This document shows, in pieces, positions 10,791 through 23,732 of a stretch of DNA of 64,000 nucleotides. The DNA is from Selaginella moellendorffii (Eukaryota > Plantae > Lycopodiophyta). The stretch spans positions 62,001 through 126,000 of the forward strand of contig NW_003314400.1 of assembly GCF_000143415.4 (NCBI RefSeq), in the 5' to 3' direction. Under the pieces are notes generated by a model. The model ran no database searches. It saw only the letters and a program-made list of their open reading frames with translations, and had not been told where the DNA came from. The translations under genes and the position numbers were made by a program. Positions within the stretch are counted from its first letter, which is position 1. Each line of letters opens with the position of its first letter.

Positions 10791-11559
10791 TTAAACTTTG
10801 TTTTTGGTAATACTTTAATTATAATATTATAGTATATGGACTATCCATTTAAGATTGAATTTGATCCATCCATTATTGTATATAAGTATTGGTTATAAAG
10901 TGATAATTTGTCTTGAAAAAGAAGGTTTTTTAGCAATGTTTTATTTAGTGTTTAGAATTGTCTTTTTGTTTTTATTCCTTCATTCTCTTTTAAATTTAGA
11001 TTTGTGTTTGTACTGTTCTTCCTTTTCAACTTTTATTACATACTATACCATACTATTGTTGATTAAGAAGTGTGTTATTCAAAGCTATAAATGATATATC
11101 ATTATTGTCACCTAACAACATTGTTTATGTGATTGTGTCCTCTTTATATCAAATTTTTTATGCTTATCACATACCAATTATATATAGCAATTTTTAATAT
11201 GATTTTTATATAAGAGACTTTATCATTGTTTAACTATACTATATATGGTTTTCACCTTATACTCTATGATGGTTTACCATAGAATAACTATAGAGCAGAA
11301 CTTTAACCCTCCACATGCCATGTACCACTTGCTATATGCTACATGCCACGTGCTTAAAGATAATGTAGCAGAACCCAAGTTTCAAGGCCTTAGGTCACTG
11401 AATGAAGGGCTGAAGCCAAACTATTAAACATGGAACCAAGGAGTGAAAGAAGTAAAGCATGGAACTACTCTTGAATATACAACCTAGTGAATGAAAGGGT
11501 AGGAGCATGGTGCGACTTAGAATAGTCTTAAAACTTTTAACATCTCTATAGCATACCTA

Positions 11560-12470
11560 AATTTGGGGTTAAATTCTAAGCTTGTTGTGCTATGAATCAA
11601 AGGTCCAGTATATTCTCAATCCTACAAATACGAGCTTCCCATATCCAGCATCTATATGCTAAATGGTGTCAAAAAATGTTTAGCATAATTTTGGCATACT
11701 AGTGGCTTAACATGAAGAGGAGAATATGCCAATAACTAGAGAAACATGGAGCTTGGGCTTTGTTATAAATATGATTTCTGGTATTGAAAGATATTTGTCA
11801 ACTAGTCCTTACAGTTTACTGCCATGATGGCAAGAGGTCGATATTGTTAATTCCCTTTATTATCCCCTTTTATCCAAGTGTTAGTAAATTGGACTTAGCA
11901 TTTGTATTTTGCCAGATGAGCATAAAGAATAAATTCTTAAGTGTTTATTTAGCCAAATATACTTGGCTCGGCTTGTTAGTTTTCTTTTTCTATGTCTTCC
12001 ACTGGTTTGGCAAAAACCCTCATGTATTAAGTATAGTCCTTCAATATCGCTATATGATAGCTTATTGTGTTTACCAAACACTCTCGCTATCATGCCCTTT
12101 GTGTTAATCTCATTCTGGTCCCAAATGTTATTATATGAAGTATCTAGATTTACTCATTTGGCATATCTACAGAATATAGAGATTGTCTTGAACACAATGG
12201 TGTTCATCTTGTATCCAGATTTGCAATTTAAGGATATTTCATATTTAGAAAGTTTTGAACTTTTCAACTCCTGGCACTAAGGGAGGCTTGGGGTGAAAGT
12301 CCAAAACATGTGTTCCTCAAGGTGGGGGGGGGGGGGGGGGGGGTTATGGGGGTTCCAAATGTATAGTAGGGATAGTGATTTAAATGTATATCCGACCATC
12401 TGAGATATTAGTTTAGCTTCTGTTGGGTTGTCACTCCTTGTTCTGCATTTAATTTGAGTTTAAATCTAAA
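11560..12470 (+). repeat. Degenerate LTR fragments of the same family as 12516-13340, in opposite orientation
   Basis: 11761-12470 and 11560-11705 align (roughly 70% by eye) to the reverse complement of 12490-13340, including the poly-G/GGGGGTTCCAA..GTATAGTAG motif. Confidence 0.6.
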
Positions 12471-12515
12471 CTCCATACTGCTCTAGTGGGTAGGGTACCA
12501 CTAGTATACCAAAAT

Positions 12516-13340
12516 TGTATCAGACACCTTTTAACACCATTTTGCATGTAAGTGCTAGATATGGGGTATTGGTGCTCGTGGGATTGTATTAGACCCTCGT
12601 TTTGTAGTGCAATAGGCTTGGAGTTCAACTCCAAATTCATGTATGCTACAGGCTTAAATCTAAGTTGGACATAGAACAAGAAGTAACACAGTCTAATAGA
12701 AACCAAACTAATGCCTCAGGTGGTTAACCATGCATTTCAACCATTATCTCTACTATACAGTTGGAACCCCCATCCCCCCCGCCCCCCCCTACTTGAGGAA
12801 CACACACTTTATGCTTTCACCCTTAGTACTAAGAGTTGTGTGTGAAACTTACTAAATATGAATTGGCACTAGATCATGCATCAACATGCATGAACAATAC
12901 TATAGTACTTTTTATATTCCATAGATATACTTCTTGAGTGGATTTAGATACTTACTATGAATAGCATATAGTACTAAAATGGAACTAACACANNNNNNNN
13001 NNNNNNNNNNNNNNNNNNNNNNNNNNNNNNNNNNNNNNNNNNNNNNNNNNNNNNNNNNNNNNNNNNNNNNNNNNNNNNNNNNNNNNNNNNNNNNNNNNNN
13101 NNNNNNNNNNNNNNNNNNNCTAACCAAGTTAAATATGTTTGACTAATAGCATTTAGAAATTCTATCTTTATGTTCATTTGGTCAAGTGCATACATGATGA
13201 CCAATTTTTCAACTAGCTTGGGTGGAGATTATAAAGGGAAATAACAATACCAATCTTCTACTGTTGTGGAAGTAAGGAGAGAGTATCTATAAAGACTAGC
13301 TAATAAGTATCTTTTGATACCCAAAGTTACATTCGCAACA
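12516..13340 (-). repeat. Old 3' LTR of the chromovirus relic (second assembled copy at 17070-17894)
   Basis: Minus-strand PPT AAAGGGGGAAGAG (13341-13353) immediately followed by TGTTGCG; ends ..GATACA. Confidence 0.6.
12993..13119. other. Assembly gap (127 N)
   Basis: Run of N; 17547-17673 in the duplicate copy supplies exactly 127 bp at the same position. Confidence 0.99.
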
Positions 13341-13484
13341 CTCTTCCCCCTTTGAGGAAAATCAACGTCCTTATCGATACATATTTGAGTCTAGCAAACT
13401 GTTAAGGAAGAAACTCTGAAATTTAACAGATAGCACACTATATGGGAAACACACCAATTTAAATGAATGATTGAACTACCTTTC

Positions 13485-15264
13485 TGTGAGACACAAAATC
13501 CCTAGGCCCCAAAGTGGAGCCGGAAAGGGTGCCACGTGGTAGTGGCCGAAGCAAAAGCCAAATGAGCATAACACGTTTGGACTAAAAGCTCTGACTTGGA
13601 AGGTCAAGAGCGGGAGTGGAACTCCCAACAAAGTGCTCGAGGAGCAAGCACGAGGCAACCAATAAGCAAGGCTCCAAAAAGGGACCCAAAAAGGACCAAC
13701 ACATGACACGTGGAAGTGTCCGAGATGGAGTCCGAGGCGGACCCGAGTTGGAGTCCGAGATGGACCCGAAGTGGAGTCCGATATGGAGTCCGATATGGAG
13801 TCTGAAATGGAGTCCGAGATGGAGTCCGATATGGAGTCCGATATGGACCCGAAGTGGAGTCCGATATGGAGTCCGATATGGAGTCCAAAGTGGAGTCCGA
13901 GATGGAGTCCGATATGGAGTCCGAGATGGACCCGAAGTGGAGTCCGATATGAAGTCCGAGATGGAGTCCGAGATGGACCCGAAGTGGAGTCCGATATGGA
14001 GTCCGAGATGGAGTCCGAGATGGACCCGAGATGGAGTCCAAGATGGACCTGAGATGGAGTCCGAGATGGACCCGAGATGGAGTCCGAGATGGACCCGAGA
14101 TGGAGTCCGAGATGGACCCGAGATGGAGTCCGAGATGGACCCGAGATGGAGTCCGAGATGGAATCAAGACCGGGACCGAGACCGAGACCGAGTCCGAGTC
14201 CGAGTTCGAGTTCGAGTCCGAGTCCGAATACTAATACAGGCAGTTGGGTGAAAGCCCAAAGTGATCGTCCCCCAGGGGAGGGGGGGGGGGGGGGGGGGGC
14301 TGCAGGGGGTTCCAAAAGTATAGTAGGAAGAGTGTGGGGGTTGGAGCCCAGTGGAGCCAGTTTAGCCAGGAAAGGCCAGTTTGGCCCAGTTTGGCCAGAC
14401 CCAGTGTTGGGTGATGAGCTGACCACTGGGAAGTCCAAGACTAGAGTGAACACGGACCGACAAGCGGGGTAGCTTGGTGAAGTGTTCAAGAGCTGGCTCT
14501 AGTTCCCCCGGGAGATCGACTGGCCGATGCTCCCAATCCAAGTGTGGGTGGCACTACCTACTTGGATACCAGGCGTGGCTCAACGGAACCTCGTTCTAAG
14601 CCCATGGCTAGAGCACCCAAGGGCGGAAGGCGGGGAGAGTACCCAGGTGGCTCGCGTAAGGCCACAGTGTTCCGAAATGTTGTCCCAAAGGCCCAGACTG
14701 TGGAAAGGAAGAGGAGCAGTCCTCTGGGGCAGTGACCAAGGACACAGTCGTGTGGTGAGGAAGTCCCAGAGGACCGTGGGACTTAGTGGTCGGGCCTGTG
14801 GGCCTCAATCCAGTGGCGGTGTTGGCAAACACGGCCAAGGGCAAAAAGGGACTTAGTGGAGACTGACAGAGGGATATTGGGGAAGGCTATTCCCCTTGTC
14901 GGTGGGCATCCTAAGGATGCTAAGGAGTGGATCTGAGATGACCACTCACGGATGGGTTGCCTAGTCTTGGAGAGCCAAGACTGGGATGCAAGTGGTATTG
15001 GACTACCAGTGTGGCAAAGGGGATTGGGCATGGCCTTAGCATAACAAGCTGCTATGTCGGTGGTACCTTTGAGTGTCAGTCATGGGATCGGACACGTGGA
15101 GCACTTGGACCAAGTGCAAATGTTGAGTGGCATGGATGCCATTCTCGGGGCTAGCAAGTCCCAAGTCCTGAATTGGACTTATGGAGGTTGTGAATGAGAC
15201 TCCTCCAAGTGGTCAGAGGTGTGGTTAAGTGACTAAAGTAGAATGGAAAATTTAGTCGTTTACA
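13485..15264 (+). repeat. 5' LTR (~1.78 kb) with internal minisatellite, followed by tRNA-iMet-type PBS
   Basis: CTTTC|TGTGAGAC...GTTTACA, then ACT-TGGTATCGAAGC (15268-15279); near-identical to 18039-19973. Confidence 0.85.
13718..14229 (+). repeat. Minisatellite of 12/11-bp units (GGAGTCCGAGAT / GGACCCGAGAT variants) grading into 6-bp units
   Basis: Directly visible tandem array. Confidence 0.95.
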
Positions 15265-16707
15265 ACTTGGTATCGAAGCTATTCCTTAGTTCGACTTTTA
15301 TTCGTGCTGAAGTATATCACCGCTGGTGTTGGCATTGGAAGGTCCTAGGAGTGGGCCTATCCTTGAGGAGTAGCAGGTCGGGAAGACATGGCTCTCCACT
15401 ACAATTCATGTGTGAACTTGTAGGTGAGGTGGTGGATAGAAAAGGGCCAATAATGGAACGACTTTGGGATCTTGGGAACAGTATAAGGGTTTCCTCAGAG
15501 AGCTGAGGATGTGATCCAGATGAGCGTTTGACGCAGCAAACGGGCTAACATAATTGTGATAAACAACTATAGTTGGGATCACGGGAAAGATGTAGACTCC
15601 AAAACAATAAAGGAGTCACAAGATTATCCTCATATAGTTGAGGTTGGTGCTCATGAATGTGAGACCAGAGGTAATAACCGTGGGAGGTCAAATACAGAAG
15701 AGGACTCAAGTCCTTGAAATGGTAGCCGAGGCTACCTTTAATAAATGCTGGAACAACCCAAGGAGTTGGGGGGTGTACTTAAAGATGAGTTGGTATTCTC
15801 ATTACATGGACAAGTAGTCATAAGGGGCAGAGGTTGCCCCCAGAGAACAAAATCAAGTGTCAGAGTAACACTTGTGAAAATAGTCCTTTTGAGTAGGACA
15901 GGAATGCAAGCAGTGTATTCCAGTGAGCTAGTGCCTCACAAGTAGGACCTTACTGGTCTGTGGATTAACCAAGTCCAAAACTGCTAGATGACTCAAGTAG
16001 AGTCAAGGGATGGTCCTACAAGGATTGATGGATAGACTGAGGTGTGTTGTACCCCACGAAGGATGGGGGGGGATCATAGGATCCAAGGATGAGAACAGAG
16101 GGTATCTCATCGATGGCAAAATGTGCCATGCTAAAGTCGTGGGAAAGGTGTTCCCAAAAAGAAAACAACTTTGACACAAAGTTGTGTGTGACCTCTATGG
16201 TGCAGTGCTAACAGATGGTTGGCATGAGAAAGAGCGGTATGTAAGCCACAAATTTTTCCTTTCCAATTTGCCAGCTTACCTCGTCTATCCGTCCAACACT
16301 GCCTTGGCTTTAGCTAAGTTCCCTTGCCAAGGTTCTCGCATATGGTACCAGCTCCTACTTGGTTTCTTACTCACTGCACGAGCAACGGAGTGTTAGCCAT
16401 CCATCCACGGATTCCCAAATCACTCCCAATCCCCCTCCCCGGGTTAGACTGGACTTAAGGTTCGGCTACACTCCCCGCAAGCACAAGCAGCCAAGCACAC
16501 CAAGCTTCCAAGTTCCTAACATCCTTTGGTACCACAAGACTTGATCATGGGACCCTCTAAATCCCAAGTCTTGAGTGCAACACTTGCTTCGGGACGCCGG
16601 GGCGAAACACCGTGGCCTAGCGGCCCGGTATGGGTACCTCTACCCCCCCACTTCCATCCCGAAGGAAGGCCCAAGCCCCTAGGAAGGGCGAGGACCAATG
16701 AGCCGCA
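15265..16707 (+). mobile_element. Internal region of the nested LTR element, no intact ORF (ends at gap)
   Basis: Follows LTR + PBS; no recognisable gag/pol motifs. Confidence 0.55.
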
Positions 16708-16922
16708 NNNNNNNNNNNNNNNNNNNNNNNNNNNNNNNNNNNNNNNNNNNNNNNNNNNNNNNNNNNNNNNNNNNNNNNNNNNNNNNNNNNNNNNNNNNNN
16801 NNNNNNNNNNNNNNNNNNNNNNNNNNNNNNNNNNNNNNNNNNNNNNNNNNNNNNNNNNNNNNNNNNNNNNNNNNNNNNNNNNNNNNNNNNNNNNNNNNNN
16901 NNNNNNNNNNNNNNNNNNNNNN
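16708..16922. other. Assembly gap (215 N)
   Basis: Run of N. Confidence 0.99.
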
Positions 16923-18038
16923 GGGATAGTGATTTAAATGTATATCCGACCATCTGAGATATTAGTTTAGCTTCTGTTGGGTTGTCACTCCTTGTTCTGC
17001 ATTTAATTTGAGTTTAAATCTAAACTCCATACTGCTCTAGTGGGTAGGGTACCACTAGTATACCAAAATTGTATCAGACACCTTTTAACACCATTTTGCA
17101 TGTAAGTGCTAGATATGGGGTATTGGTGCTCGTGGGATTGTATTAGACCCTCGTTTTGTAGTGCAATAGGCTTGGAGTTCAACTCCAAATTCATGTATGC
17201 TACAGGCTTAAATCTAAGTTGGACATAGAACAAGAAGTAACACAGTCTAATAGAAACCAAACTAATGCCTCAGGTGGTTAACCATGCATTTCAACCATTA
17301 TCTCTACTATACAGTTGGAACCCCCATCCCCCCCGCCCCCCCCTACTTGAGGAACACACACTTTATGCTTTCACCCTTAGTACTAAGAGTTGTGTGTGAA
17401 ACTTACTAAATATGAAATGGCACTAGATCATGAATCAAAATGCATGAACAATACTATAGTACTTTTTATATTCCATAGATATACTTCTTGAGTGGATTTA
17501 GATACTTACTATGAATAGCATATAGTACTAAAATGGAACTAACACATAAAGCATGATAACGAGGGTGTCTAGCGAACAAGGTAAACTATCAAGTAATGAT
17601 ATTAAGGAACTAAACTCAATATCATGGGGGTTTTCAACACTAGTAAATGCAAGATCATAGTTTGTGAGTTTCTCTAACCAAGTTAAATATGTTTGACTAA
17701 TAGCATTTAGAAATTCTATCTTTATGTTCATTTGGTCAAGTGCATACATGATGACCAATTTTTCAACTAGCTTGGGTGGAGATTATAAAGGGAAATAACA
17801 ATACCAATCTTCTACTGTTGTGGAAGTAAGGAGAGAGTATCTATAAAGACTAGCTAATAAGTATCTTTTGATACCCAAAGTTACATTCGCAACACTCTTC
17901 CCCCTTTGAGGAAAATCAACGTCCTTATCGATACATATTTGAGTCTAGCAAACTGTTAAGGAAGAAACTCTGAAATTTAACAGATAGCACACTATATGGG
18001 AAACACACCAATTTAAATGAATGATTGAACTACCTTTC

Positions 18039-19973
18039 TGTGAGACACAAAATCCCTAGGCCTCAAAGTGGAGCCGGAAAGGGTGCCACGTGGTAGTGGC
18101 CGAAGCAAAAGCCAAATGAGCATAACACGTTTGGACTAAAAGCTCTGACTTGGAAGGTCAAGAGCGGGAGTGGAACTCCCAACAAAGTGCTCGAGGAGCA
18201 AGCACGAGGCAACCAATAAGCAAGGCTCCAAAAAGGGACCCAAAAAGGACCAACACATGACACGTGGAAGTGTCCGAGATGGAGTCCGAGGCGGACCCGA
18301 GTTGGAGTCCGAGATGGACTCGAAGTGGAGTCCGAGATGGACTCGAAGTGGAGTCCGAGATGGACCCGAAGTGGAGTCCGATATGGAGTCCGATATGAAG
18401 TCTGAAGTGGAGTCCGAAATGGAGTCCGAGATGGACCCGAAGTGGAGTCGGATATGGAGTCCGATATGGAGTCCGATATGGAGTCCGAGATGGACCCGAA
18501 GTGGAGTCCGATATGGAGTCCGATATGGAGTCCGAAGTGGAGTCCGAGATGGAGTCCGAGATGGACCCGAAGTGGAGTCGGATATGGAGTCCGATATGGA
18601 GTCCGATATGGAGTCCGAAGTGGAGTCCGAGATGGAGTCCGATATGGAGTCTGAGATGGACCCGAAGTGGAGTCTGATATGGAGTCCGAGATGGACCCGA
18701 AGTGGAGTCCGATATGGAGTCCGAGATGGAGTCCGAGATGGACCCGAGATGGAGTCCAAGATGGACCTGAGATGGAGTCCGAGATGGACCCGAGATGGAG
18801 TCCGAGATGGACCCGAGATGGAGTCCGAGATGGAATCGAGACCGGGACGGAGACCGAGACCGAAACCGAGACCGAGACCGAGTCCGAGTCCGAATCCGGG
18901 ACCGAGACCGAGTCTGAGTCTGAGTTCGAGTCCGAGTCCGAATACTAATACAGGCAGTTGGGTGAAAGCCCAAAGCAATCGTCCCCCAGGGGGGGGGGGG
19001 GGGGGGGGCTGCGGGGGGTTCCAAAAGTATAGTAGGAAGAGTGTGGGGGTTGGAGCCCAGTGGAGCCAGTTTGGCCAGGAAAGGCCAGTTTGGCCCAGTT
19101 TGGCCAGACCCAGTGTTGGGTGATGAGCTGACCATTGGGAAGTCCAAGACTAGAGTGAACACGGACCGACAAGCGGGGTAGCTTGGTGAAGTATTCAAGA
19201 GCCGGCTCTAGTTCCCCCGAGAGATCGACTGGCCGATGCTCCCAATCCAAGTGTGGGTGGCACTACCTACTTGGATACCAGGCGTGGCTCAACAGAACCT
19301 CGCTCTAAGCCCATGGCTAGAGCACCCAAGGGCGGAAGGCGGGGAGAGTACCCAGGTGGCTTGCGTAAGGCCACGGTGTTCCGAAATGTTGTCCCAAAGG
19401 CCCAGACTGTGGAAAGGAAGAGGAGCAGTCCTCTGGGGTAGTGACCAAGGACACAGTCGTGTGGTGAGGAAGTCCCAGAGGACCGTGGGACTTAGTGGTC
19501 GGGCCTGTGGGCCTCAATCCAGTGGCGGTGTTGGCAAACATGGCCAAGGGCAAAAAGGGACTTAGTGGAGACTGACAGAGGGATATTGGGGAAGGCTATT
19601 CCCCTTGTCGGTGGGCATCCTAAGGATGCTAAGGAGTGGATCTGAGATGACCACTCACGGATGGGTTGCCTAGTCTTGGAGAGCCAAGACTGGGATGCAA
19701 GTGGTATTAGACTACCAGTGTGGCAAAAGGGATTGGGCATGGCCTTAGCGTAACAAGCTGCCATGTCGGTGGTACCTTTGAGTGTCAGTCATGGGATCGG
19801 ACACGTGGAGCACTTGGACCAAGTGCAAATGTTGAGTGGCATGGATGCCATTCTCAGGGCTAGCAAGTCCCAAGTCCTGAATTGGACTTATGGAGGTTGT
19901 GAATGAGACTCCTCCAAGTGGTCGGAGGTGTGGTTAAGTGACTAAAGTAGAATGGAAAATTTAGTCGTTTACA
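18039..19973 (+). repeat. LTR (~1.94 kb) flanked on both sides by CTTTC (apparent solo LTR)
   Basis: CTTTC 18034-18038 and 19974-19978; TG..CA ends. Confidence 0.85.
18272..18942 (+). repeat. Longer copy of the LTR minisatellite
   Basis: Same 12/11-bp units, about 155 bp longer. Confidence 0.95.
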
Positions 19974-19978
19974 CTTTC

Positions 19979-22800
19979 CTTGACATCCAAAGTTGTTAAG
20001 ACTTAAATACCCTTTGGCCATCACCAACAAGGAAATGACTAATAAAGTTAGCCACCCTTGCTACTTCGAGTATCACTCGACTTACAAAGGAATGATATAT
20101 TGCTACCCACAATGACATAATGAGAGAGCCAAAGGCTCAACTCCCCTAAACAAAAAATCAATCATGTTGGGAAAATTTAGACAACTATTATAAATTGGTA
20201 GATGAAGTTGTTTACATGACCATGTCCCTTTTCAAAAAATGAGTCAACGAGAGAGAGGTAAAGACTTGTGATTAGTCTATAATAATTATCCCTATGGTTA
20301 TGGATTGTACCCATGCACCGAAGTGCTGAAATTAGCCTGCCCAAAAAATAATGAACAAAAGAAATGTTTAATTCAAATATATTACTTTATTGATTGCAAG
20401 ATTTATTATAAAGATTTACAAAAGCTACTTTTTATTACAAGTCTCATACTCTGTGACAAGCTCACATGCACGTGTAAGATTACTAAGAGGCTCCCAAGTT
20501 AATTCACAAGTTGGATAACAATGCCACTTAACTAAGTATTTGGTATAACCACCACATTTCTGATAACATGATAAGATGCTTTCAATTTTGTATTCAAGTT
20601 CACTATTTAGAACTTCTAGTGGCAAATGAATCTCCCCTTGATGTGCAACATCCATAGTGTATGGAGCCAATAAATTGGCATGAAATACATTATGAACATT
20701 GGACATGGAAGATTTAACCCATAGGATACATCATCAATTCATTTTAAAACCTGATAGGGTCTAATATATTTTGGTAACAGCTTTTGAGATAAAAATCCCT
20801 TAATATTCAAGTTTCGGGAAGATAGCTATACTTAATCTCCCACTTGATAAGATACATTGTGATGGTACTAATCCTTACCATGTTGATACTTATCCTAAGC
20901 TTTGCCCATTGCCTCAGTAGCTCTAGACCAACTATGGCATAGTTGCTTCACACAAGTCTCAACAGCCGAGACCAACACTTCAAACATTGGTTTTGGTATT
21001 AAAATCTATTAAGGAACCCTATGAACATTCCCTTGCAGCATCTCCCATAAAGAACAACTAATAGCATTGTGAAATATGTTGTTATAACAAATTTCTGTTG
21101 TGTCCAAATGCTCAACCCAGTCGCATTAGTCCATTACAACATAGTACTGCTGATAATCCTCAATTTGAGCATTCACACGTTCTCTCTACCCATCGGTTTG
21201 AGGATGATAAGTTGTACTAAACTTCAACTTAGTACTGAATAACTAGAATAATGTGCCCTAAAACTTCCCCATAAATCTCAAATCTTTATTTGAGATCATC
21301 TCTTTGGGAAGACTACAAATCTATACTACTTCATGGAAAAAGAGCTCTATTGCTTGCTTAGCATTCATTGTTTTCACAGTTGGAATAAAATGTGCAATTT
21401 TCAACAACCAATTCACAATTACCATCAAAGTATCATAACCCTTAAACTTCAGTAAGCAAGTAACAAAGTCAAGTGTCACACTTTGAAATAGCCATGCCAG
21501 TGTTGGAATGCACTACAACTTCTTAGTCTGCTTCTCAGTTCTTTGCTTACATTGTTAACATATAGGGTAAGAATGGACATAATTTGCTATATCACTTTCC
21601 ATACTAGACTAGAAAAATCCCTTTTTCAATGAAGCAAAAGTCTTTCATTTACCACTATGTCCCACTACCAAAATATCATGATGTTCCTATAGAAACAATT
21701 GTTACAAATTTTTGGAGAGAAGATATAATCTTTCTTACTTATAAAAAATAAGCCCATCATGAATTGAGAAGTGAAGCTTTACATTGGCACAACTAGCAAC
21801 TTTGTTGCTTCACTATTAGGGTTTTGTTTTGACAACTCTGCACGGTGCAAGATTGTTTTTGCCAATGGATCACTTTTATATGAAGCCTGAACATTCTCCA
21901 ACTAGTCTAAACTGATTGCCGACATTGTCTGGAACTAAGCCTAATAACTCAATACATTCGAAACAATATTGTCTTTACCAGGTTTATAGATGATTCCAAT
22001 ATCAAATCTAGTGAGCTTTTCTTTCCAAAGAGTCTACTTTGGCATAAGCTTTGGCTATGTAGCAAAGTAGCTTAATTACACCACCACCAACATATGCCCA
22101 AGAAAGTTCATTTACAATTGTCCAAACATGATTTTACTTTCCTTAGCATATAGTTTGTGTTCATGCAACTTCTGAAACACCAGCTCCAAGTATTTCAAAT
22201 GATCCTCTAACATTTCACTAAAGACTAGAATATCATCGATATATAAAACAACAAATGTGTCCAAAATAATCTCTAAATATTCTATCCATCATTATATTGA
22301 ATGTGGTTGAAGCGTTACATAACCCAAATAGCATGACAAGGAACTTATAAAATCCGTACAGAATCTTAAAGGTTATCTTCTCCATATCTTGATCTACAAC
22401 CCATATTTGATAATACTTAGACTAAAACTCAAGTCGTGTAAAATACTTAGAGTTTAAGAATTGCTTAAACAAGTCATCAATGTGAGGCAAAGGATAACTA
22501 TTTCTAACCATAATCTTGTTGAGAGCCCAATAATTAATACACATCCTTATGGTTTTATCCTTTTTCATAACAAAAAGGATCAGCGCTCCATAAGGTGACT
22601 TGCTTGGTCGAATATGACCTTTATCAATAAGCTTTGTAAGTTACTTTTTGAGTTTAGCCACTTGCTTGATGTTCAGTAATATAAAGCTTTTCTAGGTGGT
22701 TTAAAACTTGGAACAATCTCAATTCGATAATCAACCTCACGGCTAGGAGGTAGTATTAGTAGTAAATCCTTTGGAAATATATCTTGATTCTATATTAATA
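19979..22800 (-). mobile_element. Heavily decayed chromovirus-type Ty3/gypsy pol (RT, IN, chromodomain)
   Basis: Chromodomain EYKIESIL..YLVKWHCYPTCELTWEP (20425-20706); VHNVFHANLL; STYHPQTDG-like (~21190-21220); VLYIDDILVFS (~22220-22250); many stops. Confidence 0.8.
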
Positions 22801-23459
22801 ACTCTATTAAATGATTAAGATGCTAAGTTCATGATTGCAAAAGCCACTCAAAAAGCAGCTAAGAAGGGATGTTAGACTTTTTTGGTCCAAGTGATGGAAA
22901 CTGAGGGTAATAGTAACCTAGTTTGAATGATAGGGTTTATCATGAGAAAGTGAATTTAAACCTTTTAGGAAATAACTTTGAGCATCTTTATCACTCATAT
23001 TTGCAATCATAATGCACTTCTTTGAATTGAAAATCACAAATCACTTCACTTCATAGTAAGTTGATACTAGGATATGTTTTGTATGTTTTTTGGTTTCTCC
23101 ACAGCTGTTTAGTGGGCAATATATCATATCATATAATGTCAGCTTCTTGCTAGATGGTTCATTATTAAGATCACTAGCATGATTTAATTCTAGAGAAGGT
23201 GAATTATAATAATTCAAGTACTCAAAAACCCACTAAATCTCCACTCATTTGGACTCGGAACCTCACCAGTTACTAAAATTAGAATTGTGTATGCTCTAGA
23301 GACATGTGTTACACTTAAACACTAACATGCAACTCTAAATCTAAACAAAAAACATAATATAAATATAACATTTTAAAGTCATTGTGATGGATATCCAAGG
23401 ATTTATATAATGATGGATAATGTCTCACCAATGATATTAACTTATCTCAGTCAAGAAGG

Positions 23460-23732
23460 TTGGAGTGGGTAAACTGTAAAACCCTTCATGATGTATGTTA
23501 CCCTGGGAGAATTAATGACTACAAAATTATGATTGAAATAGAAAATGGTTGTCAAATATCAAGCATATCACTTGATCTGGTAAAAAAACTTAAGCTCCCT
23601 ATAGTTCACAGTTACATGTATTTTTTAATAAGACCATGTGCAAATGATCAATTGAAAGAAGGATATGGAATTGAAGATTTATCTTATAAATTTGGAAAGT
23701 TTCTAGAGAGGAGAAAATTCAGTGTTATATGA
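23460..23732 (+). pseudogene. Possible degenerate retroelement aspartic-protease fragment
   Basis: KIMIEIENGCQISSISLDLVKKLKLP resembles the D-S/T-G protease segment but lacks the catalytic Asp. Confidence 0.3.

Larger units (their letters stand above)
16923..19973 (+). repeat. Near-identical second copy of 12369-15264 (flank + LTR)
   Basis: Constant 4554-bp offset up to the minisatellite; few SNPs. Confidence 0.95.

Noticed and set aside
13718-18942. Repeat arrays as a CRISPR array
   Set aside because: Contiguous 11/12-bp units with no unique spacers and no cas genes; eukaryotic LTR context
13476-19198. Long WSPR/ESEM/SDSI-repeat ORFs on both strands
   Set aside because: The repeat unit lacks stops in most frames; the ORFs differ in frame and length between the two LTR copies
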